A stretch of DNA of 64,000 nt from Mobula hypostoma (taxonomy: Eukaryota), in NCBI RefSeq assembly GCF_963921235.1, contig NC_086118.1, positions 13,890,001 through 13,954,000 of the forward strand, in the 5' to 3' direction. This document shows positions 11,701-23,489 of the stretch, piece by piece. A program made the translations under genes and the position numbers. Under the pieces are notes generated by a model. The model did no database searches and was not told where the DNA came from. It worked only from the letters and a program-made list of their open reading frames with translations. Position 1 is the stretch's first letter. Each line of letters starts with the position of its first letter.

Positions 11701-12757
11701 CTGGCACTTCTGCGTCGGCAACAAGGGAGATTGTAGGTCACAAGTAGTTTATTAACTATAGAGCCATTTAGCTTGTGCTAGGGAGATATATATGAGGGAT
11801 GCAAATGCAAAACTACATCGAACATTTAAGAATCCCCAGAATCAAATCTCCAATCTTGTCCACCATTTCCTCATAAGACAACCAACTTATTAGCATTATC
11901 AATTTTCTCTGACTATTTCAAATGTATTAATGTTCTTTTCTGGATTAAACATACTTTGTATGCTATACTCCAGTTATCCCACTAATTCCCTGTATAAATG
12001 AAGATTAACTTCCTCACATTTATATTCAATTTTTTTCATAATAAATACAGGCATTATGTTAAAATCTTCAAATTACTTGCTGTACCTGAATGTTAGTCTT
12101 TTGAGAACCATGCACTGGGAAACTGAGATCCTCTGCATTTCAGAGCTCTGAAATCTCTTAACATTTAGATTCAATGTTCTTTTCTCCTGGTTTACTCAGA
12201 TAGTTAAAAATACTTTATAAAATTCAACTTAGGTGACTGGATTCAATGGATTTCTGAATATATAGTCTGTCCCATTAACTTTCTGTGTTTGGAGGACCAT
12301 TTCCTGGTAGTGGTAATAGAACATGAGATACCATGTTGTAATGGGCTGGGTTGATCAGACCCAAAACACCCAAACCAATTTGAGTGTCCAGAAGATGTGA
12401 TATTAAGTGTACAAGCTCAAAAAAGTAACTTAAGCCTAATTTATTAAAGCAGAAAGCAAAATGAATCACACTAAATACTACAGAGTAACTTAAAGATTTC
12501 AGGGCTTATGATTGTCTCCCTTTGATTGTTGCTGTCATCAGGGGACTTGATTGTCACTGTTGTTGGGGGGAATTCTGAATTCCAACTTGTGAAGTCACCC
12601 GGTGACCATTCTAGGCACCGACTGATTATGATTCCTCGGTCGAGGTGAAGTCCCAAGAACCAAGTGAAAGGTGCTTCAATACATAGGGGTTCAATTCCCC
12701 AGCAGTGAGAGACACACAGAGACAGGTAAATTTTTTGGGTGTATGGAGCATCAGGGA

Positions 12758-12927
12758 GGGGTAGCACCTCTGGTGGGGGAACATGTCACGTCTTTTCCAG
12801 GGCGGTTTGTCCACCTTTGGTCCCCACCTGGCACTCAGCTCTCACCTGTGGCTCCCCGTAGCTGTTTGCATGCGACAGAGACCACACCACGGGCAACGGC
12901 TTCAACAAGCCGGCTAAGCCAGGTGAG
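12758..12927 (+). ncRNA. Candidate HDV-like ribozyme
   Basis: P2 ctcacct/aggtgag, P3 ggc-tcc, GGGCAAC junction, P4 cggctt/aagccg, J4/2 GCTAA; P1 and P3 imperfect in this copy. Confidence 0.5.
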
Positions 12928-13254
12928 GGTAGCCGGCGGGTCTCAAACCCTCAGTGTGATAGGGAGTTGTCTATCCCAGTATGTGAAGACAGACTCCGGC
13001 GGATTGAGCGGATGAGACCAATGGAAGGTCCAATGGTCAAGAAGGCGGTCTCTGCAAGCATCGTGGAATGTGTAGAGCACGACAAGACACAGAAGATGTC
13101 CTGGTCATCCACTGCGCCTAGTCCCATCTCCAGCCGTCTCGACTCTTGTCTTGTCACTGGATCCAGATGGGAATTGGGAAGAGAGAGTGAGGCTGACGCT
13201 GCACAGCTCTCCCTCACTTAAATCCAAATCACATGCTAGCCTTGACACCATCTA

Positions 13255-13397
13255 GCTGGCTGGTGGTGCAGTGACATCAGCGCCGGACTCCAGGAGCGAA
13301 GGTTCGCGAGTTCGAATCTAGTTGAGCCGCTCCCGGGCACGCTTTCCATCCGTGCCGGGTTGAGTGTCGAGCTAGCAACTCGACCTCGTAAAAAGTA
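13255..13397 (+). mobile_element. tRNA-derived SINE
   Basis: A-box-like tggtgcagtga and B-box gttcgaatc; related copies at 16988-17190 (+) and 38750-38935 (-). Confidence 0.75.
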
Positions 13398-13864
13398 CTA
13401 ATGGTGTCGATGTCTTCATCGATGACGATGGACAAACCTTATAAATTCCTTGGTCTTTTTCTCTCATGAGCCTAAAAGAATCTAGCTGCTATTAGCAAAC
13501 ATTTAACAAACCAACAGTGTTTTCCTCGTACAGACACCTTGCATGCTATGAGTTCACTAAGAGTTAATGTGTCACTTGGAATTGTTCAGACTTCCATCTG
13601 AAATTTTTTACAACATTTAATACACTACAATACACATGTCCAAATTATTGATGAAAATGATAGCAAAAGCAAAGCTCAGTATTGTGTTCATCAAGCCTGT
13701 AGTTGGACAGGGACGTATCTGGTCCAAGGCAAATGGGTTTGAGACTTATGAATCTATATGTCTGTCTGCAGTGTTCCTGGAGTAACCTACCTTTTCCTAT
13801 GTCCTGATTGCTACTTCATATGGGCTGCGAACAAATCACCAGGCAGGGGAATGTGGAAAACGAA

Positions 13865-14500
13865 CACTGGTGAGTCCACATCTGGAATATTGTGTTTGCT
13901 TGTAGTCAGCACAGTATAGAAAGGATGTAACTTCTCTGGACAGAATGCTGAGGAGGTTAACCAGGATGTTGTCTGGAATAAAGTGTCGCGTTATGAGGAG
14001 AGACTGGACAAGCTGGAGGATCTCAGCAAGTTGAGCAACAACTGTCAGCGCTGGGAAGGAATTGTCAATGCTTCAGGTCAAAACCCACATCTGAGTAATT
14101 TTATGCCGCAAGTGCTGCTTAACTCTGTGAGTTCCTCCTTTAGACAGTTTGTTGCACCAGATTAACAGCATCTGTGGTGCCTTGTGTTTTCACTGCACAA
14201 GATGGATTTGTTTTCCTTGGGGCAGAGAAAGCTGAGGGAGACACAACAGAGGTGTACAGGAATCATAAATTAATTATAAGGTAGAAAGTAGTAAATGTTT
14301 CTTCCTAGCAGAGTTGTCCATTAACAGAGGGCGTAATTTTAAGGTAAAGAGTTAGCAGTTACAGAGAATATAAGAAAGATGTTTTCTTTTCACTCATAGA
14401 ATATATAATGTACTGCCTGAATCAGTTATGAAGACAGAACCTCTCATAGCAGACAAAAATTTCTAGCACTTAAATCACTATGACAGGGAAGGGAAGGGTC
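13865..14500 (+). mobile_element. Old CR1 3' fragment containing a decayed Penelope-end palindrome (about 14013-14191)
   Basis: ccacatctggaatattgtgt (HLEYC) and CR1 tail region; insert flanked by actggacaag / actgcacaag. Confidence 0.6.
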
Positions 14501-15886
14501 ACCATTATTGGATTCTGAAGTTTTAATCCAAGGTTCTTTCAGGACTCTGGGAAGTCTGTTATCCATTATGGATAATCTGGCACATCCTCTCCATGACCTA
14601 TTGAACAGGCTCATTCAGGATAATTACAGAAAACCTTTTTCCTACCAAATGCAATAAGCATATGCAACTGTTCATGACTGTGCGACAGGAGAACACACAT
14701 CATAGAACAATAGTCTCTATTTTATTATTTCATACATTATTATTGAACATTATTGCAAATTATTGCTCATTGGTAAATTACTGTGTATATTATTCTGTAC
14801 TTTATTATTAGTTAAGTCTGTACACTGCTAAGTGTGTTTTTAAATGTTGCTGCTGTAATGAAATAATTCCCACTCAGGATCAATGAAGTATTTATTATTA
14901 TTATTGTTATTATTAAAGAGGAACAAACTTGGTTGATTTATGATCATTTTTTAAGCATTGATAGAACAAAGGAAAGTTGAACAGTGATAGAGGTCTATTA
15001 TGTGAAGAGAAAACTAAGATTAAGAAGATGGCATTGCTTTGTGTGAGCAAGAATATTTCCATAGAGGTAAGGATATTTTCATACAAATTTGTAGATAAGA
15101 GTCAACCAATAAGAAATCACTTACTTGAATACTGCAGTAACAACTTTACCAATGTGAAAGCACTTATTCAAATAATGCAGAACAAAGAAGCTTCTTGAGC
15201 TTTCCAGAATTATACTTTGTATAGCCACTAAAGACATATTAAACTGTTATATGCATATAAGAACTGCTTAAAATACAAGTAGATAATTAACTGTTAAACT
15301 GCAAAGAAAACATCAATTAAACAGTCTAATGTAAGAATTAAACAACTGGCTCCAACTCCATGTATCGTAGTCAAGTGGTGCTTTCCAGCCAGTCACATAC
15401 ATTACCTGGTCATGATCTCACTGCAGTTTTGGGGATCATGATATGTGCTACATAAATGATGTAGTTGCAACTTCACTACTGTAGTTTAGTAGATGAAAAA
15501 TGATTGAAGACAAGTGAAAAGTTTTAAAAATTTAACCATTTACTTTCCAACCTGACTGCGTTAGTTTGCGTAGTTCAATAGATCAGTTTAATATCAGAGC
15601 AAGAACACAGTATACAACTTGAAATTCTTGTTCTTTGCAGACTTCCTTGAAAATAAAAGGGTACCACAAAGAAAGAGTGATAGTAAAAATGTTAGAACCC
15701 CAAAGCCCTCCCCAATGTACAAGCAGCAAAAAAGCATCATGTCTCCCCCCACTTTCTTCAGCAAAAAGCATCAGCACCCTCCTCCAAGCAACAGCAAAGC
15801 CCACAAAGAAAAACATGATCTGCTGTACAACAAAAACTAATCGTTCACCCAACAACAAACTCTCCCCCACCAACAAGAGAAAGAAA

Positions 15887-15926
<40 letters not shown>

Positions 15927-15932
15927 GGGAGA
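15887..15932. repeat. Compound (GT)n(GA)n microsatellite
   Basis: Seen directly. Confidence 0.95.
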
Positions 15933-16326
15933 GCAATCTGAGTACATAGTCTGTATGGAATTAATAGAGAATTTGGCCTGTATCTGTCTGTGTTGAAATA
16001 ATTCAGCTGTTGAGTGATGGCACAGAAAATTCTGAAACTAATAAACAGATTTGATTCTGGAAATGAACAGAGAGGCAGCTTTTGACACATGAACCTAAGC
16101 CACAGAGGTACTGAGGGGAATGCAGAAGCAGCATCTTGTGAGACTCATGCAAAGGAGGAGTGGTAGAAGAGTACACCAATGGAGTTTGTATCTCCTCCAG
16201 TGTAGAGAAGCACTACGATGAGACTTGAATTTCAGCTGAAGTGCCCATCCGGTTTTGCACTTTTACATGTCTGAATCGAGTTATGATTCTGTTGACCAGT
16301 CCTTGAAATGAAAGATGAAAGTTTAC

Positions 16327-16335
16327 CTCTCTGTT
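16327..16335 (-). other. Candidate 9-nt microexon (AACAGAGAG)
   Basis: Minus strand: gttttttgaacttgtctttttattgctgcgcag|AACAGAGAG|gtaaac; frame-preserving, with TGC motifs just upstream of the AG. Confidence 0.35.
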
Positions 16336-16719
16336 CTGCGCAGCAATAAAAAGACAAGTTCAAAAAACATATTCTGTATAAATTATTAATGTCTCAGTAA
16401 TCAAAGCTAAAGTGGCAGATGGTCAGTAGTCAGATCTGCATGGTTTGTGTGCCATAAGACTGATTTCCTGCGGGATTTATAGCTGTGTAAATGTTGCAGG
16501 TAGCTGTCTGAGTTTGACAAGCAAATGACCCCATGGACATAGAGATTTTGGCAGCATTCCAAGGAAAGCACTTAAAATTGAAACACACTGATTCACTTCT
16601 CCAATTCTGATGAAAGATCATCAACCTAAAGCAATTCTGTTTCTTTCTCCATACTGCCTGATCTCCTGAGCATCCCAGCATTGTACGTAATTATTTCAGG
16701 TTTCCAGTATCTGGTTGTA

Positions 16720-17677
16720 CTGATTGAACACCCCTTATCCAAAAATCTTGGGGCCAGAAATATTTTGGATTTCAGATTTTTTCTGATTCTAGAATTTGAA
16801 AATTTACTGCTGTGCCTTTTCTATAAACGGCATATGTTTACTCCAATGATGATGCATCCACTCTGTCAATACACAATCGAGGTGTTCTTTTTCACTTTAT
16901 GCAATGTTCTTTCATGAACTTCTGTTCACTACTTTCAGCAAAGAACTTTAACACTTCGCTGTTCTGTCATAGCTACAGGTTGTTTAACCGGCCAGTGGTG
17001 TTGTGGCATCCGCACCAGACCTTGGGATGAGTGGTCCCGGGCTCGAATTCGGCCTGCTCCTTGCACGCTTTCCATCATGCTGGGTTGAATGTCAAACTAG
17101 CAACTCAGCTTCACAACAAAAAACAGACAAATTCTAAAGAAACAGCAAGGCCGCTGCCTGATGCACCACACGGTGCTGAGCGGAACAAAGTATTCTTCAG
17201 ATTGTAGATGGTGATTGTCTGAACACCATACTCCTCTGACAAATACTTCAGACTTCATTGCTGTCAAGTTTTTCCAGCAGCTTAACTTTCTGTGTTACAG
17301 ACAAACATAACTGCCACCTATTTTTCTTTTCACTATTACCCCTAGGGTTAACTTGAAGGGCTTCTTGACAAATTCGACAATATCTTCACAACACAGCGCA
17401 ATAAGCACAAAACACTTGGTAATCACTGTGAGTAATGCACAAAGGTCAAGCTATACTGACTGCTGAAAACAATCTGGCGACAACAGGGCCCCCATTCAGG
17501 GTAGGTGACATCACTTCTCAGAGCTGTCTGTGGTGTGCAGAGATATGCACATTGCTTGCAATCCTTCCCAGTTCCTTGTGGAATTTTCCGTTCAAGGCAT
17601 CGTGTCAACACTCAAAACAATTTTGGATTTCAGAGGTTTTTGGATTTTGGATTTTTGGATAAGAGATGCTCAACCTG
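16720..17677 (-). mobile_element. Tigger/pogo-type (Tigger4-like) internally deleted DNA transposon
   Basis: Inverted ends ctgattgaacaccccttatccaaaa and ttttggataagagatgctcaacctg, TA at 16718-16719 and 17678-17679; minus-strand remnant LSVTQKVKLLEKLD resembles a CENP-B-type HTH. Confidence 0.8.
16988..17190 (+). mobile_element. tRNA-derived SINE nested in the Tigger-like element
   Basis: Shares gcacgctttccatc..gggttga..ctagcaactc with 13255-13397. Confidence 0.7.
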
Positions 17678-17809
17678 TATTTGGATTTTCAAAGTATTTT
17701 TGAAATGTTATTACTATTATTATGTCGGAACTACAGAGGCCAATTCATCATGCATCCACACTTCCACAAACAATATTGTGAAAATAGCCAGATGAACAAT
17801 GTCACAAAT

Positions 17810-18050
17810 GCTGACTCGAGGATTAACATTGGCCAGGACATCAAGAATAATTCCTTTGGTCCAGTGATCTATTGTACTTTGTAGCAGCAGGCTGGATCTC
17901 AATTTAACATTCGTTATGTGTGATTGCACCTTCAGTCCCTACATTCTCCTCAGTCCTGCATTACAGGCTGAACCTGCACCTCTGTACTATACATAAATCT
18001 CTTGAGTGGGAATTAACGGATGACATTCCACCTTACAGGTACTTATGTGA
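17810..18050 (-). mobile_element. Ancient Deu-SINE-like remnant
   Basis: attggccaggaca..tttaacattc..ctcagtcctgca..gagtggga resembles the reverse complement of the Deu domain and head. Confidence 0.5.
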
Positions 18051-18604
18051 CCAGATGAATGCTGGCTGGGAGGAATAAAGCAATACATTCTGCTAACTGC
18101 CTCTGACATTTCAGCGCATAGCTTGGGGGTAATAAATCATTGACTTGCAAAACTTTGCAAAGTTATGGAAATAGTTTCTAAATGTTTTTACTTTGAGCCA
18201 ACTTTATAAATAGGAGAACGCCAAGTCATTAAATAATCTTGGAATTTAAATAGTGTGTAAATCTGCTTAACATACACAGTAATGATGTGAGTTTTCTTTC
18301 ACTGCATCATTGACCTGTTCACTTTAGCATTCTTTTTGCAACTTATGTGATGCCAGAACTCTGCCTTTGGCCTGGTTTCACCATCCCTTACCATCTTTGA
18401 AAATTTCCCTTTCAGAACTCTCTGTGGTGTTTAAATTGCTCTGTACTGTGCAGCCACTTTAACAATCTTCAGTAGGTTTACTGTAAGTCCTAAAATGTCT
18501 TTGTTGCCTTTGCTTTTCAATCCATAAGGCTCATAAGTAACCCCATAGAACAAATCCTCTCTCCGAAATTGCCCTTTGTGTCCATTCCAATCTATAGACA
18601 ATCT

Positions 18605-18819
18605 ATGACCAGAGGACACAGCCTCAGAATACAAGGCCAACTTTTTAGAACAGAGGTGAGGAGAAATTTCTTTAGCCAGAGGGTGGTGAATCTGTGGAAT
18701 TCATTACCATAGATGGTTGTGGAGGCCAAGTCACTGGGTATATTTAAGTCAGAGGTTGATAAGTTGTTGGTCGGTAGTGGTGCCAAAGGTTACGGGGAGA
18801 AGGCAGGAAAATGGGGTTG
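18605..18819 (+). mobile_element. CR1 LINE 3' end
   Basis: TRGHSLRI..FFSQRVVNLWNSLP-encoding sequence. Confidence 0.8.
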
Positions 18820-19128
18820 GCATCCGTTAGTCTTGCGAGACCATGGATCTGCACCTGGAAAATCTTCACTCTCCAGGGCGCAGGCCTGGGCAAGGTTGTA
18901 TGGAAGACCAGCAGTTGCCCATGCTGCAAGTCTCCCCTCTCCACAACACCAATGTTGTCCAAGGGAAGGGCATTAGGACCCATATAGCTTGGCACCAGTG
19001 CCGTCGCAGAGCAATGTGTGATTAAGTGCCTTGCTCAAGGACACAACACGTTCCCTTGGCTGGGCCTCAAACTCACGACCTTCAGGTAGCAAGTCCAATG
19101 CCTTAACCACTTGGCCACGTGCCCACAC
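18820..19128 (-). mobile_element. Full-length tRNA-derived SINE with 12-bp TSD
   Basis: Minus-strand head gtggccaagtggttaagg and core gtgtccttgagcaaggcacttaa; aaaatggggttg at 18808-18819 and 19129-19140. Confidence 0.85.
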
Positions 19129-19844
19129 AAAATGGGGTTGAGAGAGACACGACCTCATCTGGAGACACAAGAGACTGCAGATGCTGGAATCTGGAGCAAA
19201 ATACAAATTACTAGAAAAAAAACAGACAGCTGAAATTTCAAGTCAAGAAGATAACGGGACTCAACGAAAGACATTGACTGATTATTTTCTTCCACAGATG
19301 CTACCTGGCTCTTTGAGTCCGTCAAGCAGTTTGTATTATTAGAAATATTAAAAATACTCTTTTGAGTATTTCCAACATTTTCTATTACCATTTGACAAGT
19401 TTCCCAGTCAGGTCACCACTAACCTCACCAACATTTCATTCATCTCAGCTAATAACTTAAGTTTGCCTCAGTTATGATTATTTAGTTATTAATTCTAATG
19501 TCTGGTACCCCAGAAACTAATAATCTTTCCATAAGTCATTATAAGACTGTTTAAATACGTCAGGAACTTATTTTATTTTCCCATTTCCCCATCATAATTG
19601 GCTATTGGTAGCGAATAAGAACAGCTTTCAATGTACTGTGTGAGTAGAGAGCCATTACCCTCCCGACCACAGAGTTCATGCTAAGTTTGGCTTGTTCCAG
19701 TAGTTGGAGGAATGAACCAAAACAGAAACATGCACTTCTACAAATGAGGTCCTGTCATGTCCATAACTTTCATATTGATACTTAAAAACCAATGCACAAG
19801 TAGCAGCAGAACATCCTATTACAGTTTGCTGTTATAGCCCCTGG

Positions 19845-20100
19845 TGTTCTGGAGTTTGGAGTTCCATTCAGGCTCTGTTCTGTAAGGAGACTCTGTACAT
19901 CCTCCCCTTGGAATGCATGGCCTTTCCCTGGGAGCTCCAGCTTCTTCCCACAATCCAAAGATGTACCGGCTAGGTTAATCAGTTATTGTAAATTGTCCCG
20001 TGGTTAGGTTGAGGTTAATCAGCATTGTGGGATTACTAAGGCAGCATGGCTCAAAGGGCCAGAAAATCCTTCTCCACTCTGAATCGCTAAATAAATAACT
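19845..20100 (+). mobile_element. V-SINE-like element
   Basis: ctccagcttcttcccacaatccaaagatgt..taaattgtccc; (TAAA)n tail. Confidence 0.7.
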
Positions 20101-20234
20101 AAATAAGTCTGTTACCGAAGGTAGGACGTTTCTAACCACTCAGCAGTGGCTGCAACAGAAATGCATCCTCATTATAAGACCATAAATTACAAAACATAAA
20201 AGCAAGGTTAGGTTTCTCAGCCCATTGAGTCAGC

Positions 20235-20725
20235 TCTGCTGAGATTTGGCTTGCCATCAAAAACCTTGGAAAATTTCTATCGATTTGTGGTGGGAAGTGT
20301 GCTGACTGGCTGCATTATGGCCTGGTATGGAAACACCAATGCCTTTGAGCAGAAAATCCTGCAGAAGGTAGCAGATTCAGCCCAGAACATCAGGAGTAAA
20401 ACCTTCTCCACCATTGAGCACATCAACATGAAACATTCCTGTAGAAAAGCAGCATCCACCATCAAAGGCCCTCACCACCCAGGCCATGCTTTCTTCTTAC
20501 TGCTGCCATCAGGTAGAAGGTGCAGGTGCCTCAGGATTCGCACCAGCAGGTTCAAGAACACTTACTACCCCTCAACCATCAGGCCCTTGAACAAAAGGGG
20601 ATAACTACACCTATTTAAGGACTCTTTTACCTTGCTATTTCAAGCTCATTATTTATTGCTACTTATTTATTAACTGCATTTGCACAGTTTGTTTACAGTT
20701 TGCAGATCCTTTTTACAGTTACTGT
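20235..20725 (+). mobile_element. Rex1-like LINE 3' fragment
   Basis: ORF 20251-20604 (FYRFVVGSVLTGCIMAWYGN..LLPSGRR..RTSRFKNTYYP). Confidence 0.85.
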
Positions 20726-20816
20726 CCTTTAACAACAACCTTAATTCACACAGGGCCTGCTCTAAAGTGGTCTGAAAACTGTACCTTTTCCTGCAGCCTG
20801 ACCATATTTACTTATC

Positions 20817-21090
20817 TACAGAGTTACAGCCCGGAGTAGGCCCTTCTGCCCCTTCAGGCCATGCCACCAGCAGCACCCTATTTAACCCTAGCCTATTCAC
20901 GGACAATTTTCACCGACCAATCAACCTGCCAGTCAGTATATCTTTGGACTGTGGAGGAAGCCGGACACCTGGAGGAAACCCAACGTGCCACAGGGAGAAT
21001 GTACAAACTCCTTACCAGCAGTAGCGGGAATTGAACCTTGGTCACTGGTACTGTAAAGTGGTGCTAACCACTATGCTACTATACCGCCCG
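20817..21090 (-). mobile_element. V-SINE-like element with CR1-type tail
   Basis: Reverse-complement V-domain (tctttggactgtggaggaagccggacacctggaggaaacc) and B-box (gggaattgaacc). Confidence 0.7.
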
Positions 21091-21414
21091 CAGTCACCAA
21101 CCATTTCCGCTGGGCCTTTGATTGCACAACCCAAACTTATACTCTCATATAGACCCTAATGAAAATCATTAAAAATGTTTTCACTGTCCTTTTATGGAAC
21201 CTGTCAGTGTTTCCAAACATCTGTAGATTCATTAATATATCTCCTGTCTCCAGCCCTACTACCAGCATGAATATCACCTTCCTCATCTCAGGTATTGCCT
21301 CATTACTTGTTTTGTGTCCTCTCCAGGATCTGAGCAAAATGATTTGTTCAGGAGCACCTTCATTCACTGCATTATAAAGAAGATATTTGTTCTTGCTCAC
21401 AGCCCTTAAGTTTG

Positions 21415-22935
21415 GACTAACCCCTATTGACATCGATGGATCTGGGGTTGAGAGGGTAAACAGCTTTAATTTCCTCAGCATTCACATCACTGAGGACCTC
21501 ACGTGGTCTGTATATACCAGCTGTCTGGTGAGAAAGGCACAGCAGCACTTCTTTCACCTCAAGTAGTTGAGGAAGTTTGGTATGGGCCCCAAAATTCTGA
21601 GAACTTTCTACAGGAACACAACTGACAGCATCCTCTCAAGTGCTACACATGCCCTTACACTTCCTCCCTTACCACCATTCAGGGCCCCAGACAGTCCTTC
21701 CAGGTGAGGCAACACTTCACCTGTGAGTCGGCTGGGGTGATATACTGCGTCCGGTGCTCCCGATGTGGCCTTCTATATATTGGCGAGACCCGACGCAGAC
21801 TGGGAGACCATTTTGCTGAACACCTACGCTCTGTCTGCCAGAGAAAGCAGGATCTCCCAGTGGCCACACATTTTAATGCCACATCCCATTCCCATTCTGA
21901 CATGTCTATCCACGGCCTCCTCTACTGTAAAGATGAAGCCACACTAAGGTTGGAGGAACAACACCTTATATTCCGTCTGGGTAGCCTCCAACCTGATGGC
22001 ATGAACATCGACTTCTCTAACTTCCGCTAATGCCCCACCTCCCCCTCATACCCCATCCGTTATTTATATACACACATTCTTTCTCTCTCTCTCTCTCCTT
22101 TTTCTCCCTCTGTCCCTCTGACTATACCCCTTGCCCATCCTCTGGGCTTTTTCCCCCCCTCCCCCTTTTCCTTCTCCCCGGGCCTCCTGTCCCATGATCT
22201 TCTCATACCCCTTTTGCCAATCACCTGTCCAGCTCTTGGCTCCATCCCTCCCCCTCCTATCTTCTCCTATCATTTTGGATCTCCCCGTCCCCCTCCAACT
22301 TTCAAATCCCTTACTCACTCTTCCTTCAGTTAGTCCTGACGAAGGGTCTTGGCCCGAAACATCAACTGCACCTCTTCCTAGAGATGCTGCCTGGCCTGCT
22401 GCATTCACCAGCAACTTTGATGTGTGTTGCTTGAGTTACCAGCATCTGCAGAATTCCTCGTGTTAACGTTGAGAGTATCCTGATTGACTGTATTACTGCC
22501 TGGTATAGGAACTGTACCTCCCTTAATCACAGGACTCTGCAGAGAGTGGTGCAGACAGTCCAGCGCATCTGTAGATGTGAACTTCCCATGATTCAGGATA
22601 TTTACAAGGGTAGGTGTGTAAAAAGGACCCGTAGGAGCATTGGGGACCCAAGTCACTCCAACCACAATCTATTCCAGCTGCTACCATCCAGGAAATGGTA
22701 CCACAGCATAAAAGCCAGGCTGTAGGGCAGCTTTTTCTACCAGGCTATCAGACTGATTAACACATTGATTTGAATGTATTCTATGTTACATTGACTGTTC
22801 TATTTATTATAACTTATTATAAATTACTATAATTGCACATTACACATTTAGACGGAGATGTAACATGAAGATTTTTACTCCTCATGTAAGTGAAGGATGT
22901 AAGGAGTAAAGTCAATTCAATTCAATTCAGTTCAG
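21415..22935 (+). mobile_element. Rex1-like LINE 3' part split by a Penelope insertion
   Basis: VERVNSFNFL..ITEDLTWS before the insertion; ESIL..CITAWY continues after it; (CAATT)n tail near 22912-22930. Confidence 0.8.
21637..22464 (+). mobile_element. 5'-truncated Penelope-like copy (GIY-YIG, 3' UTR, hammerhead, tail)
   Basis: ORF 21704-22030 (GVIYCVRCSRCGLLYIGET); hammerhead 22332-22367 has GAAAC-ATC, so the ACGT palindrome is lost; ends in ccagcatctgcagaattcctcgtgtt. Confidence 0.9.
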
Positions 22936-23489
22936 TACGTCACTGATGGTTGGATTCCATATACGTTTCATCTTTCCCATCGGAGATTTTATCCATCACG
23001 TACTGGCCTCTGTCTCAATACTTCCTTCCCCTCCCATCCCTACCTGAATCCATCTCTCACCTGGTTCCACCGTTCAGCAAATGGTCTCTGTCTAACCCCT
23101 TCCTCTCAGTTCTATATAATGGCTATCTTCCCTCTACATTCGCATTTCTGATGCAGGGCCTCAACCTGAAATGCTGACCATCCCTTTGCCTCTACAGTTG
23201 CCAGTTGACCCATTCAATTTTTCCAGTTGTTCACCATGCAATGGCTGTGCTGAAAAAACTTTATTTTCTGTTTACACCAGCTGCATCACCATGCTGTTAT
23301 TCCCTCAGGCAACTTAACTTCAAACATAAAGCCAATAACACTAGTGGGCTCTTCTGGCATCCTGGTTTCTAAGGCAAATAACAAAAGACAAAGTTACCAA
23401 TAAGCATCCTTTGTTGAAGGTATTCAGTTCTCAGCTAATAATGGTGCCTTCACTCCTTCACTTCCATTCTCATCGACCTACCCTTTACA

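Larger units (their letters stand above)
12745..13435 (+). mobile_element. Non-autonomous Vingi/ingi-like retroelement (GC-rich, non-coding)
   Basis: GC-rich block whose 5' part resembles ingi-clade 5' signatures and shows HDV-like pairing; interrupted near its 3' end by a SINE. Confidence 0.55.

Noticed and set aside
13790..13825. Minus-strand 34-nt exon-like segment
   Set aside because: Stops in all three frames and a weak pyrimidine tract.
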